DNA from: Candidatus Bathyarchaeota archaeon
Lineage (GTDB): Archaea; Thermoproteota; Bathyarchaeia; 40CM-2-53-6
Length of the DNA stretch: 64,000 bases
Assembly (NCBI GenBank): GCA_963833125.1
Contig: CAWHWX010000019.1
Location: forward strand, 32,001 to 96,000
Reading direction: 5' to 3'
Under the pieces are notes generated by a model. That model was not told the DNA's origin. It worked only from the letters and a program-made list of their open reading frames with translations, and ran no database searches. Shown here one piece after another: positions 9,788-19,709 of this stretch. Position 1 is the stretch's first letter, and the number at the start of each line of letters is the position of its first letter. Position numbers and translations under genes: made by a program.

Positions 9788-10927
9788 CTATGGCGCTATT
9801 CCTGCGGTATTGCCAATACCTGCGATTATGACTAGTTCGCCCTCTTTGGTTGTTTCGAGGATTAGCTGTTTGATCTTCTCGATGACGGGGTCAACGGCGT
9901 CTGCGATCTCTTTCTTCATCGTGGTGACTGCTTCGAGGATGCTTTGTTTTATGACGATGGCGTAGACGGGTACGTTGAATTTCGTTGCTTCCTCTTCGAT
10001 CTTGAATCTTTCAGTTCCGATTCCGCCGATTGCGGCGCCGATTCCTTCGGCCACTTCGCCTGTCTTCTCTCCCTCAAGTTTGAGGGCTGCATCTACCATT
10101 ATTATCATGGAAGCCTTTCCGTTATTCTCTTCGAGTACTTGACGAATTGCGTCCCCTGGTTTGCCTACGTTGCCCCCCGGTCCCTCGGCTTTCAAGGTGA
10201 TTACTCTTCTTCCCTCCAATGTCGTCTCTGCGGCGACCATGTCCTTCGGAACTTTTCTGCTCTCGTGGCCGCGCATTAGTCTGTTAGCAACAAGTGGGCC
10301 GGCGCCGTCGCCTATGGGGTGGCCTTCAGCGAAAGCCTTCGATGCCCCCGTATAGGCTTCAGCCTCCTGCATGATTAGGGGAAGGAAGGCTTGAAGTTGA
10401 AATATGACCAGAATGCTGAAAGTTTTCTTACCGAGCAAGTACAAGTGCCGGACGATCTTGAACATGTAGTTTAGAGCCCAAGTGGCTTCGACAAGGTTCT
10501 CGAGATTGTTTACTTGGGTAGGGTTAGCCTCTGGCGCGATTCTCGCCACGTCTGACTTGAATTTCGCTTCCCTAACGTCAAGAAGATGGTCGAACTTGTT
10601 GACGATGCCTGCCGGGTCCATGCTGACGGGTTCAATGAGAAATTGTTCAAGTAACGTGTTTAACTTCGGCGTCGGATCATCCTTCGCTTTGCCTACGTCT
10701 CGAAGGGTCCTTACAGTAAGTGATTTGGCGTCGTTCTTCATGTTCTCAAGTTTTCTTACAGCGCCATCTATCTGCATGAGTGCCAATCGACTTTGAATTT
10801 GCTGTCCGAATAAGAACAGGGCAATGAACGAACCAACCCAAATTATGTTGATTAGGTTAGTGAATATGTTCTGGCCGAATAAGCCGGGACCGTTTTCTAG
10901 GACAATGCTGACAAGTGAAGGAAGCAA
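9788..10927 (-). CDS. DUF1512-family protein
   Basis: N-terminal TM; PIGDGAGPLVA, KAEGPGGNVG, VDAALKLEGE, GIGNTAGI. Confidence 0.8.
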   Translation of the reverse strand: MLPSLVSIVLENGPGLFGQNIFTNLINIIWVGSFIALFLFGQQIQSRLALMQIDGAVRKLENMKNDAKSLTVRTLRDVGKAKDDPTPKLNTLLEQFLIEPVSMDPAGIVNKFDHLLDVREAKFKSDVARIAPEANPTQVNNLENLVEATWALNYMFKIVRHLYLLGKKTFSILVIFQLQAFLPLIMQEAEAYTGASKAFAEGHPIGDGAGPLVANRLMRGHESRKVPKDMVAAETTLEGRRVITLKAEGPGGNVGKPGDAIRQVLEENNGKASMIIMVDAALKLEGEKTGEVAEGIGAAIGGIGTERFKIEEEATKFNVPVYAIVIKQSILEAVTTMKKEIADAVDPVIEKIKQLILETTKEGELVIIAGIGNTAGIAP

Positions 10928-11021
10928 TAAGATTCCTCTGAATTCCTTTTGATACCGCGGGCTGGCACGTTATAAACATTCATTCAATTGACTACACGTC
11001 AATCAACCAAGTCACAAAAAT

Positions 11022-11187
11022 GGAGTCGGCAGCGGTCCGGGACTCGCGTGGCCTTTCGGAACACACTACTACCCGAATCGCCTGAGAGATTCACTTCCGT
11101 GTTTCCGGTACGAGTCTGCGCCCATTTAGCTGCCCGCACTTTCGGAATGGGAACGGGTCCTAGCCCTCAGCTATGGCCGCCAACTCC
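11022..11187 (-). rRNA. rrf: 5S rRNA gene (166 nt) interrupted by a 39-nt BHB-type insert; about 127 nt if spliced
   Basis: Minus strand GGAGTTGGCGGCCATAGC...ACCCGTTCCCATTCCGAA[39 nt]CACGGAAGTGAA...TAGTA...GCTGCCGACTCC; terminal 12-bp helix; 5S signature motifs in order. Confidence 0.93.
11102..11140 (-). other. Putative BHB intron in 5S rRNA loop C
   Basis: TCCG AA^A GTGCGGG...CTCGTAC CGGA AA^C; ligation gives CCCATTCCGAACACGG. Confidence 0.8.
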
Positions 11188-11209
11188 AACAGACGCACTG
11201 TCCAGCGAA

Positions 11210-11217
11210 TAATTAAA
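11210..11217 (-). promoter_or_regulatory. TATA box of the 5S rRNA gene
   Basis: TTTAATTA starts 30 nt upstream of the 5S 5' end; a T5 run follows the 3' end (11016-11020). Confidence 0.6.
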
Positions 11218-11259
11218 CGTAGAGCCCGCCACAATTACTGCCTTCGTGTGGAATGTAGC

Positions 11260-12417
11260 TTGAGAGGGGCGGCCATAATTGGGGTTGGGACGACGTCAAT
11301 TACCGCAGGTTCTGGCAGAAGCCTAACGGAACTGTTCGTTGATGCCGCGAAGCAAGCTATCGACGAGGCAGGAATTGACAAAATTGACTCGATATACGTT
11401 GGAAATATGATGTCCGGTTTCTTACAGAACCAAGAACACCTCGGCGCATTGATGGCCACGGCGCTCGGCAGAGAGGGGGTGCCGACCTACAAGGTCGAAG
11501 GCGCTTGTGCCTCTGGCGGGGTCGCCACAAACGCAGCCGTAAAGGGATTACTTTCCGGACTAGAGGATGTCGTGCTAGTCGGTGCCGTTGAGAAGATGTC
11601 TGGTTATACTACCCCGGAGGTGACGGCAGGGTTGATGATGGCTGAGGATAGAGTCAAGGTTGCTTCAACTGGTGTCACGTTCGTTGGCCTCAACGCCATG
11701 ATCGCCAGACAATATATGCACAAGTACGAGGTCTCCCACGAGGCGATAGCTGAATTCCCGGTCTTATGTCACCAGAATGCATTGGACAACCCGAAAGCGC
11801 AATTTCGAAAGAAGATAGGCGTCCAGGATGTTTTGCAGTCTCCCTTAGTCGCAGATCCGCTCAGGCTTCTAGACTGCTCTGGCATAGGGGACGGGGCTGC
11901 AGCCCTTCTCCTAGCCCCAATGGAGGTGGCCAAGAAATACACGGATTCGCCCGTAGAGATAGCCGCGTCAGCAGTATCAAGTGATACGCTGAGCCTCTAC
12001 CAAAGGCCCGAGATTACCACTTTCGAAGCTTCCAGGAAAGCTTCAGATCGCGCATACAAAATGGCCGGTGTCCAACCCGAAGACGTTGACCTGCTTGAGG
12101 TTCACGATGCATTCTCCATCCTGGGTATTATGGCGCTGGAGGATCTCGGCTTCGCGGCGAAAGGTTCAGGGGCTAAGCTTCTGGAGGAAGGTGAATGTTT
12201 CCGAGACGCTCGGCTTCCAACAAACAGCTTCGGCGGACTCAAGGCCAGAGGCCACCCAGTCGGAGCAAGCGGGGTCTTCCAAGTTGCGGAGCTAGCCCTT
12301 CAACTCAAGAACGAGGCTGGGAAGTGTCAAGTGTCTGGCGCGGAAATCGGTCTTGCACAGAGTGTTGGTGGAATCGGCAGCACAGTCACAGCTCATATTC
12401 TTCGCAGGATGGATTAG
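11260..12417 (+). CDS. Archaeal thiolase (acetyl-CoA acetyltransferase family)
   Basis: VEGACASGG, EVHDAFS, GGLKARGHPVGASG; TTG start at 11260 avoids overlap with the 5S gene. Confidence 0.9.
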   Translation: MRGAAIIGVGTTSITAGSGRSLTELFVDAAKQAIDEAGIDKIDSIYVGNMMSGFLQNQEHLGALMATALGREGVPTYKVEGACASGGVATNAAVKGLLSGLEDVVLVGAVEKMSGYTTPEVTAGLMMAEDRVKVASTGVTFVGLNAMIARQYMHKYEVSHEAIAEFPVLCHQNALDNPKAQFRKKIGVQDVLQSPLVADPLRLLDCSGIGDGAAALLLAPMEVAKKYTDSPVEIAASAVSSDTLSLYQRPEITTFEASRKASDRAYKMAGVQPEDVDLLEVHDAFSILGIMALEDLGFAAKGSGAKLLEEGECFRDARLPTNSFGGLKARGHPVGASGVFQVAELALQLKNEAGKCQVSGAEIGLAQSVGGIGSTVTAHILRRMD

Positions 12418-12420
12418 TAA

Positions 12421-12753
12421 ATGTCGGCGCACCCATTACAGATCGTTTCATACGTTTGCCAGAAATGCGGCTGGGCAGATTTCTATCCCGCTGAAACTTG
12501 CCCACGTTGTTCTAATAACACAAACCAGACAGCATTTCCCGGCGTAGGGAAAGTCGTAACTTTTACCGCAATAAGATATCCTCCAAAAGGATTCGAGAAT
12601 CAAGCCCCTTACGTAGTGGCAATTATTGACATAGAGGGTGGACCAAGAGTTATCGGCCGCCTTTCTAACTCCAGTGACTCGGTTAAGATCGGTGCCGCCG
12701 TGGTATTGAAATCAAGAAAGGAAAGTGTTCTGGAATTCCAGCTTTCATCCTAA
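12421..12753 (+). CDS. DUF35-type Zn-ribbon/OB-fold protein (thiolase partner)
   Basis: CQKCG...YP...CPRC, GKVVTFT, PYVVAII; directly follows the thiolase. Confidence 0.85.
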   Translation: MSAHPLQIVSYVCQKCGWADFYPAETCPRCSNNTNQTAFPGVGKVVTFTAIRYPPKGFENQAPYVVAIIDIEGGPRVIGRLSNSSDSVKIGAAVVLKSRKESVLEFQLSS

Positions 12754-12763
12754 GCTGTAGTAC

Positions 12764-12817
12764 TATTAGTATTATCAGTATGATTAATGTTGTTAGTGGT
12801 GTTAGTATTGTTAGTAT
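12764..12817. repeat. Degenerate 9-bp tandem repeat (6 units, consensus TRTTAGTAT)
   Basis: TATTAGTAT TATCAGTAT GATTAATGT TGTTAGTGG TGTTAGTAT TGTTAGTAT. Confidence 0.6.
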
Positions 12818-12995
12818 TATATTCGAAGCGTAACGGTGGTCGACAGGACGCAAGACCTAGAAGGGTTGGTCAAGAAACTTGGTCAAACCTGAGTGATGCT
12901 TTGCTTATCGGTTGTCACCTCATTTGGGAGAGTTAATAGGGTTAGGAAACGGTTAAGGACGACCGAGGTTCGAGTTATTTCTCGGTGCCGCATCG

Positions 12996-13391
12996 ATGCC
13001 GAGAACAACACAAGACGAGCTGATTCGGATTGACCCAGAGGAAGTCTTCAAAATGAATCCGGCAATCAGGTGGGTTGGCCTCACATCTGAGTTTGGTGCA
13101 CCGATCTTTACGAAGATGCGTGAGGGCGTCATTAGCTTAACACCTGAAGAATTGGACAGAACCCAGCTAGCTCACACACCTTACTTGATGATGAGCATAC
13201 CACAAGAGCTGGAGCCATGGTACGGTAAGGTTAAGGGAGTTGTTACATATCACGACAAACTGGCGAACTTGTTTGTGCAGCTCAGGGACCGCACGTTTCT
13301 CGTTTTAGCATTTGAAGGGTCCACGCCCTCCGATACCATTAGGTCTGTGAATAATGCGATCCTTTCGAAGTGGGGACGCCAAGCCGACTGA
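12996..13391 (+). CDS. Hypothetical protein, possibly roadblock/longin-like fold
   Basis: 131-aa ORF with IRWVGL...KMREGV..L and YGKVKGVVTYHDKL pattern resembling small TACK proteins. Confidence 0.55.
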   Translation: MPRTTQDELIRIDPEEVFKMNPAIRWVGLTSEFGAPIFTKMREGVISLTPEELDRTQLAHTPYLMMSIPQELEPWYGKVKGVVTYHDKLANLFVQLRDRTFLVLAFEGSTPSDTIRSVNNAILSKWGRQAD

Positions 13392-13458
13392 GAAGAACCA
13401 GTCGCGCCACTTTTGCCACTGCCTCACTGAAGGTCTTGGGGAGTTGAGGGATAACTGA

Positions 13459-14979
13459 TTGGCAGAGACATCATTCGAGTTTAACGAAGCGACTATCGAT
13501 CAGCTTCAGGATGAGATGCGATCAGGACGTCAGACAGCTCGTTCCATCGCGGAGCACTATTTGGACCGAATCGAGCAGCTGAACCGGCAAGGGCCGTGTT
13601 TGAGGGCGGTGGTTGAACTCAACCCTGACGCCTTAACAATCGCCGACGAGCTCGACCGCGAAACGGAAGCAGAATGGGTTTCGTGGTCCGCTGCATGGCA
13701 TTCCAGTATTGCTCAAAGACAGTATTGATACCGCGGATCGAATGGCGACGACTGCCGGATCGTTGGCGTTAGAAGGATCGACCGCATCGAAAGATGCCTT
13801 CCTAGTGCAGCGTCTGCGAACTGCGGGAGCAGTTATTCTTGGAAAGGCGAATTTGAGCGAGTGGGCAAACTTTCGATCCACTCACTCTGTGAGCGGGTGG
13901 AGCGCCAGGGGCGGGCAAACCCGTAATCCTTACGCGTTGGATCGAAACCCATGCGGCTCCAGTTCAGGTTCGGCGGTTGCAGTGGCCGCTAACCTATGCG
14001 CTTTAGCGGTCGGTACAGAAACTGATGGGTCAATAACTTGTCCTTCTGCCGTTAACGGAATTGTTGGCATCAAGCCTACTCTAGGGTTGGTTAGCCGAAA
14101 TGGTGTCGTACCAATCGCCCACAGCCAAGATACGCCTGGACCAATGGCTCGAACAGTCCGCAACGCGACTTTGCTATTGAATGTGATCGCGGGAGCAGAC
14201 CCAGCTGACCCTTCGACAATGAATCACTCCGCCTTCGAGTTAGACTATACGAAATGTCTCAATCCTAATGGGCTTCGAGGAGCGCGGCTTGGGATTGCGA
14301 GACAGTACTTCGGTTCGAATGCTTCAGTTGATAGACTAATTGACAACTGCATTACGGAAATGAAGCGGCAGGGAGCCGAAATAATCGATCCCGTGGAATT
14401 TGCTTCGTTCAAGCAGTACGACGATTCTGAACTCGAAGTCCTCCTCTATGAGTTCAAGCACGATCTCAACCTGTACCTCAAAACACGCGGAAACTCAGTT
14501 GCTGTCAAGTCTCTCGCAGACATCATAGCATTCAACGAGGAACGGCGGAGTGAGGAGATGCCTTACTTCGAACAGGAAATCATGTTAAAAGCAGAGGCGA
14601 AAGGACCGCTAACAGACGAGCAATATAGAGAGGCATTGGCCAAGAACCATCGCCTCTCTCGTGCGGAAGGAATCGATGCGGTTATCGCCAAGGATAAGCT
14701 GGACGCCATAGTGGCCCCCACAACCGGCCCCGCTTGGTTACTGACTGGATAACCGGAGACCATGAAAGTGGAAGCTGTTCAACACCGGCTGCCGTAGCAG
14801 GGTACCCTCACATCTCGGTGCCAGCTGGTCTCGTTCACGGGTTACCCGTTGGAATTTCCTTCTTCGGTCCAGCATGGAGCGAACCAACCCTCCTTAGAAT
14901 CGCATACGCCTTCGAGCAAACTACCAAGGCGCGACGGCCACCAAATTTCTTGCCAACCACAGATCCCAACCTCCCGTAG
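13459..14979 (+). CDS. Amidase-signature family amidase (two apparent frameshifts)
   Basis: GKANLSEWAN, NPCGSSSGSAVAVAA, GTETDGSI; split over ORFs 13459, 13709, 14734. Confidence 0.85.
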
Positions 14980-15027
14980 CCCGGGAAGCACTTAGAAATT
15001 CTCGCTGAATAGCCACTCAATCGTGCC

Positions 15028-15888
15028 TTAGTTTGTTCCTTTTGCAGGTGCAATTTCGAACCTACAGAACGGCGCACCTTGTACAACGCATTGAGTTTCA
15101 ACGGCCTCTACCTTCTTGTCGAACACTTCTGAGAACAACCCCGCTATGTCTCCTCGGACGTATTGGCTGTACGGTTCTCCACCTTCGCCTCGATGCATTA
15201 TGCACTCAAAGTTCTCAAAAGCTTGAACAACTGCAAGTCCCGTGATCGAAATCTACCTCCATGAGTTTGAAGATTCCCCAACCTCCTGCGGCATACATGT
15301 TCATCATGTTAGGGAGCTGATCTCTGATGCTGTCCTTACCGATAGTTTCCAAGAAAGATTTGGTGGACGACTGACCACCTGCTCGACCCATCTGATGTAA
15401 CAGCACCTTCCCCAAGGAACCATCTACGCCGAAAATTTCACGAGGCCGAGAGAACACTGAGCCTATAGTGTCCAGTCTGAATATTATCGCACGATTCTTT
15501 CCCAACATGAGAGGATGGTGTAGAGTGTCTACAATCACGCCGTTCAGCCCATCTTGAGTTTGGACTTTCTTTACAACCGGGAGCGACTTCAATTCTTGAC
15601 CGAGTTGAGCCGTAGATGCATCCGATTGGCTTAGGTCCGCAAGAAACTCCAGCGTGCAAACTCGTGAAAGCCAGAGCGAATATTCGCCTTGTGTTTCGCA
15701 AGAATATCAGCCACTTCCCTAAGCATGCCTGGCTTGTCGCTTGTGAATTCAATGCTGAATTCCGCGAGACGAACATTAGCAGCCTCAACCTCAGCAACAA
15801 ACGCACGCTTAGGAGAGTATTCTGGGGTCTGGTCGGATTTAGGAGGATTTTCTTTAGTCTTGGCAGCGGTCATACCTTGCGCCAGCAT
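15028..15888 (-). CDS. ACT-domain plus V4R-domain protein (frameshifted)
   Basis: DKPGMLREVADILAKHKANI (ACT); GGWGIF and terminal CVVQGAPFCRFEI (V4R). Confidence 0.7.
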
Positions 15889-16243
15889 TTAGCGGAACTT
15901 GGCATTCAGCTCCCTTTCTTCACTACGTTTTGCTCTTTTCACGAGATAACCTGTGGTTTGCCTATTTACTATAACGTTGCGTTACGCGTCCCACCTTTCT
16001 GCCGTGATGGGAACAGCAAGTGGATCTATTTGAGCAACTTCATTTTGTGGGATAACTGTGGGGGTTCAAAATCTGAACTAATGTAACGGTGGGCGGCGGG
16101 GCCGCACACTCAAGAATTAGATGCATCGTAAACTAATGTCTTGACGAGACACTTTGAGTAAGTGGGCCCAATTCCTTGGGCAAGAAGATTGACCGATTCC
16201 AACCGAGTTCTTTGGTCAATGCTGGTTGACTGACAAAATGTTG

Positions 16244-17743
16244 TTACGGTCTGTGTGTACGCCGTCCAATTATGTAGGCTGGTACAATCGCCGCAATTGC
16301 AACCATTAGGGCGAGGATGAGGTATGTTTGGGTTGGATTGAGTTCGGACACTGCCGTCGTTGTTGTGGTCGTTTCTGGTGCTGGGCCAACGAAGTTTGCG
16401 GGTTCGATTAGGGTGGGTTGAGGTGCTTGGTTGAAGTCGAATGAGTTCATCATATCGTTCGCCTTCACGTCCCTCACGCCTAGGCTTGGGAGGTTGAAGT
16501 TATCCTCCGCGAGCCTCAGAAGCGAGGCGAATTCGTATTGCGTGTGGTCAATGTAGCCCTGTTTCGCCCATGGCGAGATGACTAGGGTTGGGACTCGGAA
16601 GCCTTCGCCGTAGGCATCGACCTGAGGTGGAGGAACATTGTCGTAGAACCCTCCGTAGTCGTCCCACGTTATGATGATCGCTGACGACTGCCAGTACTGG
16701 CTCTGCATTACCTGGTTCACCAAATAGGAGACATAGTCCATTCCACAGTCGCTCCGTGCTGGTGGGTGTTCGCTGGGCGATTGGCCTTTGCAGGCCGCCG
16801 GGTAAGTGGGGGGGACCCAGCCGCCGGGTATTATCCATGAAACAGCGGGCAACTGCCCGTTCGCTATGGCGGAGATGAAATTGGGTGTGTTCTTGACATG
16901 GTCGCTTAGCTGGCTTGGACTGTTCTGGAAGTATGTGAAAAGCGGTAGTACGTCCCAGATGTTCGGTTGTAATGGTCTACGGTTTCCGTCGTACCATGCC
17001 CAAGACACGTTTGCGTTGCTCATCTCTTGGGCAAGCGTCGACCAGTCCAACGAAACGCTTTGCCAGTTGAGGTTCGCGTTCGGGTTGTCGATTATTCCGC
17101 CGTTGAGAATCCATGGGTAGGTGAGGTTGGTGGGTCCGTTTGTACCTGAAGCGATGTATAGGTGGTTCGGGAAGCTCGGGCCCATTAGTGAGGAGAAGAA
17201 GTTATCGTCGATAACATACTGGTTCGCGTAATCCCAGTAGTATGGGATGTCGCTTCGATCATAATATCCCATTGTCAAAATACTTCCCTCCGCGGCGACG
17301 AACCCATCCATCTTGCCATCATCATATGCCTCGTGCGCCACATGCCACGCATGACTTAGATCCCCTCCAATCGACTCGTCGCTCAAATGGTATGGAGTCG
17401 TGTTTTGGACCTGTTGTAAATCGTCGGGGTCAGCGACACCCGGCGGGAGCTCATCACCTACAATCATGATGGGTCGGGAAACATCCAAGTGAAATGGTTT
17501 CACGTATCCTAAGCTAGTCTGGTTCGGGTTGAACGGAATACTCACGCCCATCGGCAGCCCGTTCACGCCGGGATACGTACCGAAGTAATTGTCAAAGGAA
17601 TGATTCTCCTGCACGATGAAGATGAGATGCTGGATCTTCGAACCCGATCCGTTAGCGGGACCGGGCGCTATAAGAGGCAGTGTCATTCCGCCAACAAGCA
17701 TGACGATCATCGCGAGCGGGATGATCGCGTAAACAAACTTCAT
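16244..17743 (-). CDS. Secreted, C-terminally anchored phosphoesterase (phospholipase C/acid phosphatase family)
   Basis: Signal peptide; [42 protein letters not shown]; C-terminal TM. Confidence 0.9.
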   Translation of the reverse strand: MKFVYAIIPLAMIVMLVGGMTLPLIAPGPANGSGSKIQHLIFIVQENHSFDNYFGTYPGVNGLPMGVSIPFNPNQTSLGYVKPFHLDVSRPIMIVGDELPPGVADPDDLQQVQNTTPYHLSDESIGGDLSHAWHVAHEAYDDGKMDGFVAAEGSILTMGYYDRSDIPYYWDYANQYVIDDNFFSSLMGPSFPNHLYIASGTNGPTNLTYPWILNGGIIDNPNANLNWQSVSLDWSTLAQEMSNANVSWAWYDGNRRPLQPNIWDVLPLFTYFQNSPSQLSDHVKNTPNFISAIANGQLPAVSWIIPGGWVPPTYPAACKGQSPSEHPPARSDCGMDYVSYLVNQVMQSQYWQSSAIIITWDDYGGFYDNVPPPQVDAYGEGFRVPTLVISPWAKQGYIDHTQYEFASLLRLAEDNFNLPSLGVRDVKANDMMNSFDFNQAPQPTLIEPANFVGPAPETTTTTTAVSELNPTQTYLILALMVAIAAIVPAYIIGRRTHRP

Positions 17744-17852
17744 TTACGCTCACCAGATTTGGAGCAATCGATGATTTGAGCCGTAATTAAAGCATCGTGG
17801 ACGATTCGTCTAGCTTTCCGACAGAGCGTGCGTGTGAGACAGTCAAGCATAA

Positions 17853-19443
17853 ATGCGGAATAACTTTGTTTACATCGTGGCATCATTGGCGTCAGCTTCC
17901 TACGATGCAATCGTGATAGGCGCGGGCCATAACGGCCTCGTTGCTGCGAATTATCTTGCGAGAAACGGTTTCCGAGTCATCGTCCTAGAGAAGAGACACG
18001 TTCCAGGCGGAGCCTGTGTAACAGAAGAAGTTTGGCCTGGGTTCAAGATAAGCAGACTATCGTACGCTTACAGTCTCTTCAGAAGCGAGATTGTGAATGA
18101 TTTACAACTCGAACGGCATGGGTTCAGCATTGTCTCCCCAGCGATCGATGTCTTTGTCCCGTTCGGAGACGGAAGACATCTGAGTCTCTACAGTGACTCT
18201 GGGAAGACTAAGAAAGAGATCGAGAAATTCTCGGCAAAAGACGGGAAAGGGTACGAAAACTACGTCAAGTTCTGGAACGAGGTTCGGATGCTCTTTGGTG
18301 CAATTGGGATGAGTGCGCCACCCCCGCTGAAGGACATAGCGACGTTGCTCGAGGATCCATCGTCTACGGATTTCATCAAGAAAGTTATCTTCTACAGCGT
18401 CCGCGACCTTCTAGACGAATTCTTTGAAGATGATCACGTTAAGGCTGCATTCATGGCGAGAGGCCTCATCGGCACCTTCGCTAGCCCAAGCACGCCCGGA
18501 ACTGCATACGTACTCGGACATCACGTGATCGGGGAGGCGGCAGGAGAACAAGGGGTTTGGGGATATGTCCGTGGCGGTATGGGTGGTTTAGCTGAAGCAT
18601 TGGTCAAAGCGTTGAAGGAAGCGGGTGGCAACGTGATGCTTGGCGCTCCAGTCTCTAAAATTTCCGTAAAGGACTCTGCCGTAACCGGTGTAGTTCTCGG
18701 CGATGGAAAAGTCATTGAATCAAAAATCGTGCTTTCAAATGCGGACCCGAAACAGACAATGCTGAAGCTCTTGGGGAGAGAGCATCTAGAGAGTGGATTG
18801 GCGGAGCGACTATCTTCTCTCAAGGATGAAGGGTGCGTGTTGAAGTTGAACGCAATCCTAACCGGGTTACCGCGGTACAAGGACTACCCAACACCCACTG
18901 GACCGCACTTGGAGGGCATAACAGGGATAGGGCCGTCTCCGGATTACTTTGAGAGAGCATACTTCGACGCATTGATGGGAAGATATTCCGAGAAGCCATT
19001 GCTCAGATGTGTATACCACACTGTAACCGACCCGACGCTTGCCCCGAAGGGTTACCATACATTATCGGTTTTTGCACAATTCTTCCCGTATCACTTGCGT
19101 AGTGGCAATTGGGATGAGATGAAGGAAGGAGCCGCTAAGGTAGTCTTCGAGACAATGGAGGAATTCGCGCCAGGCTTTCGAAAACTCGTCTATAAGTACG
19201 AAGTGATAACGCCATTAGACATGGAGCGGGAGTTCTCGCTGCCAAAAGGGAACATCTTCCACGCCGGAAATAATTCCCTCCCAGATGCTGTCGTTCAGAC
19301 CAACTCCCGAACTCTCAGGGTATAAGACGCCGATCGGAGGTCTCTATTTGTGTGGCTCAGGAAGCCACCCAGGCGGTGGAGTTACGGGTGCGCCTGGCTA
19401 CAATGCGGCGCACTTAGTCATCAAACAGCATGAAAATGCTTGA
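17853..19443 (+). CDS. Phytoene-dehydrogenase-like FAD oxidoreductase (frameshift near 19265)
   Basis: [27 protein letters not shown]-terminal [24 protein letters not shown] in the shifted frame. Confidence 0.85.
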
Positions 19444-19553
19444 CGGTTTCCGGCGGTTCAGTTTCATCGGGTGGTAACGTCAACTTGTCGGTTGCTGCTG
19501 CAAACCGCTTCGTATGGGGGGATCGAGGCGTAGAATGAGGCGAGGGGTATCTT

Positions 19554-19599
19554 CGTTTGGCACCGTTTGGCACCACCCCTCGAGGGGTGGATCCACCCC
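19554..19599. repeat. Tandem 10-mer followed by two overlapping perfect palindromes
   Basis: CGTTTGGCAC x2 (19554-19573); CCACCCCTCGAGGGGTGG (19573-19590); GGGGTGGATCCACCCC (19584-19599). Confidence 0.75.
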
Positions 19600-19709
19600 A
19601 CCTAATTCCGCACAGAAAACAAGAGGAACCGCTTAACAACCGTTAACTGGACGTTACCCATCGGGTGGTTAGTGTTAAATACTAATGAGCCATCGTTACC
19701 TCCTTTTTC

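Noticed and set aside
10988-11259. ORF 10988..11212 and the N-terminal extension of the thiolase ORF from 11173
   Set aside because: They overlap the 5S rRNA gene and its promoter on the opposite strand.
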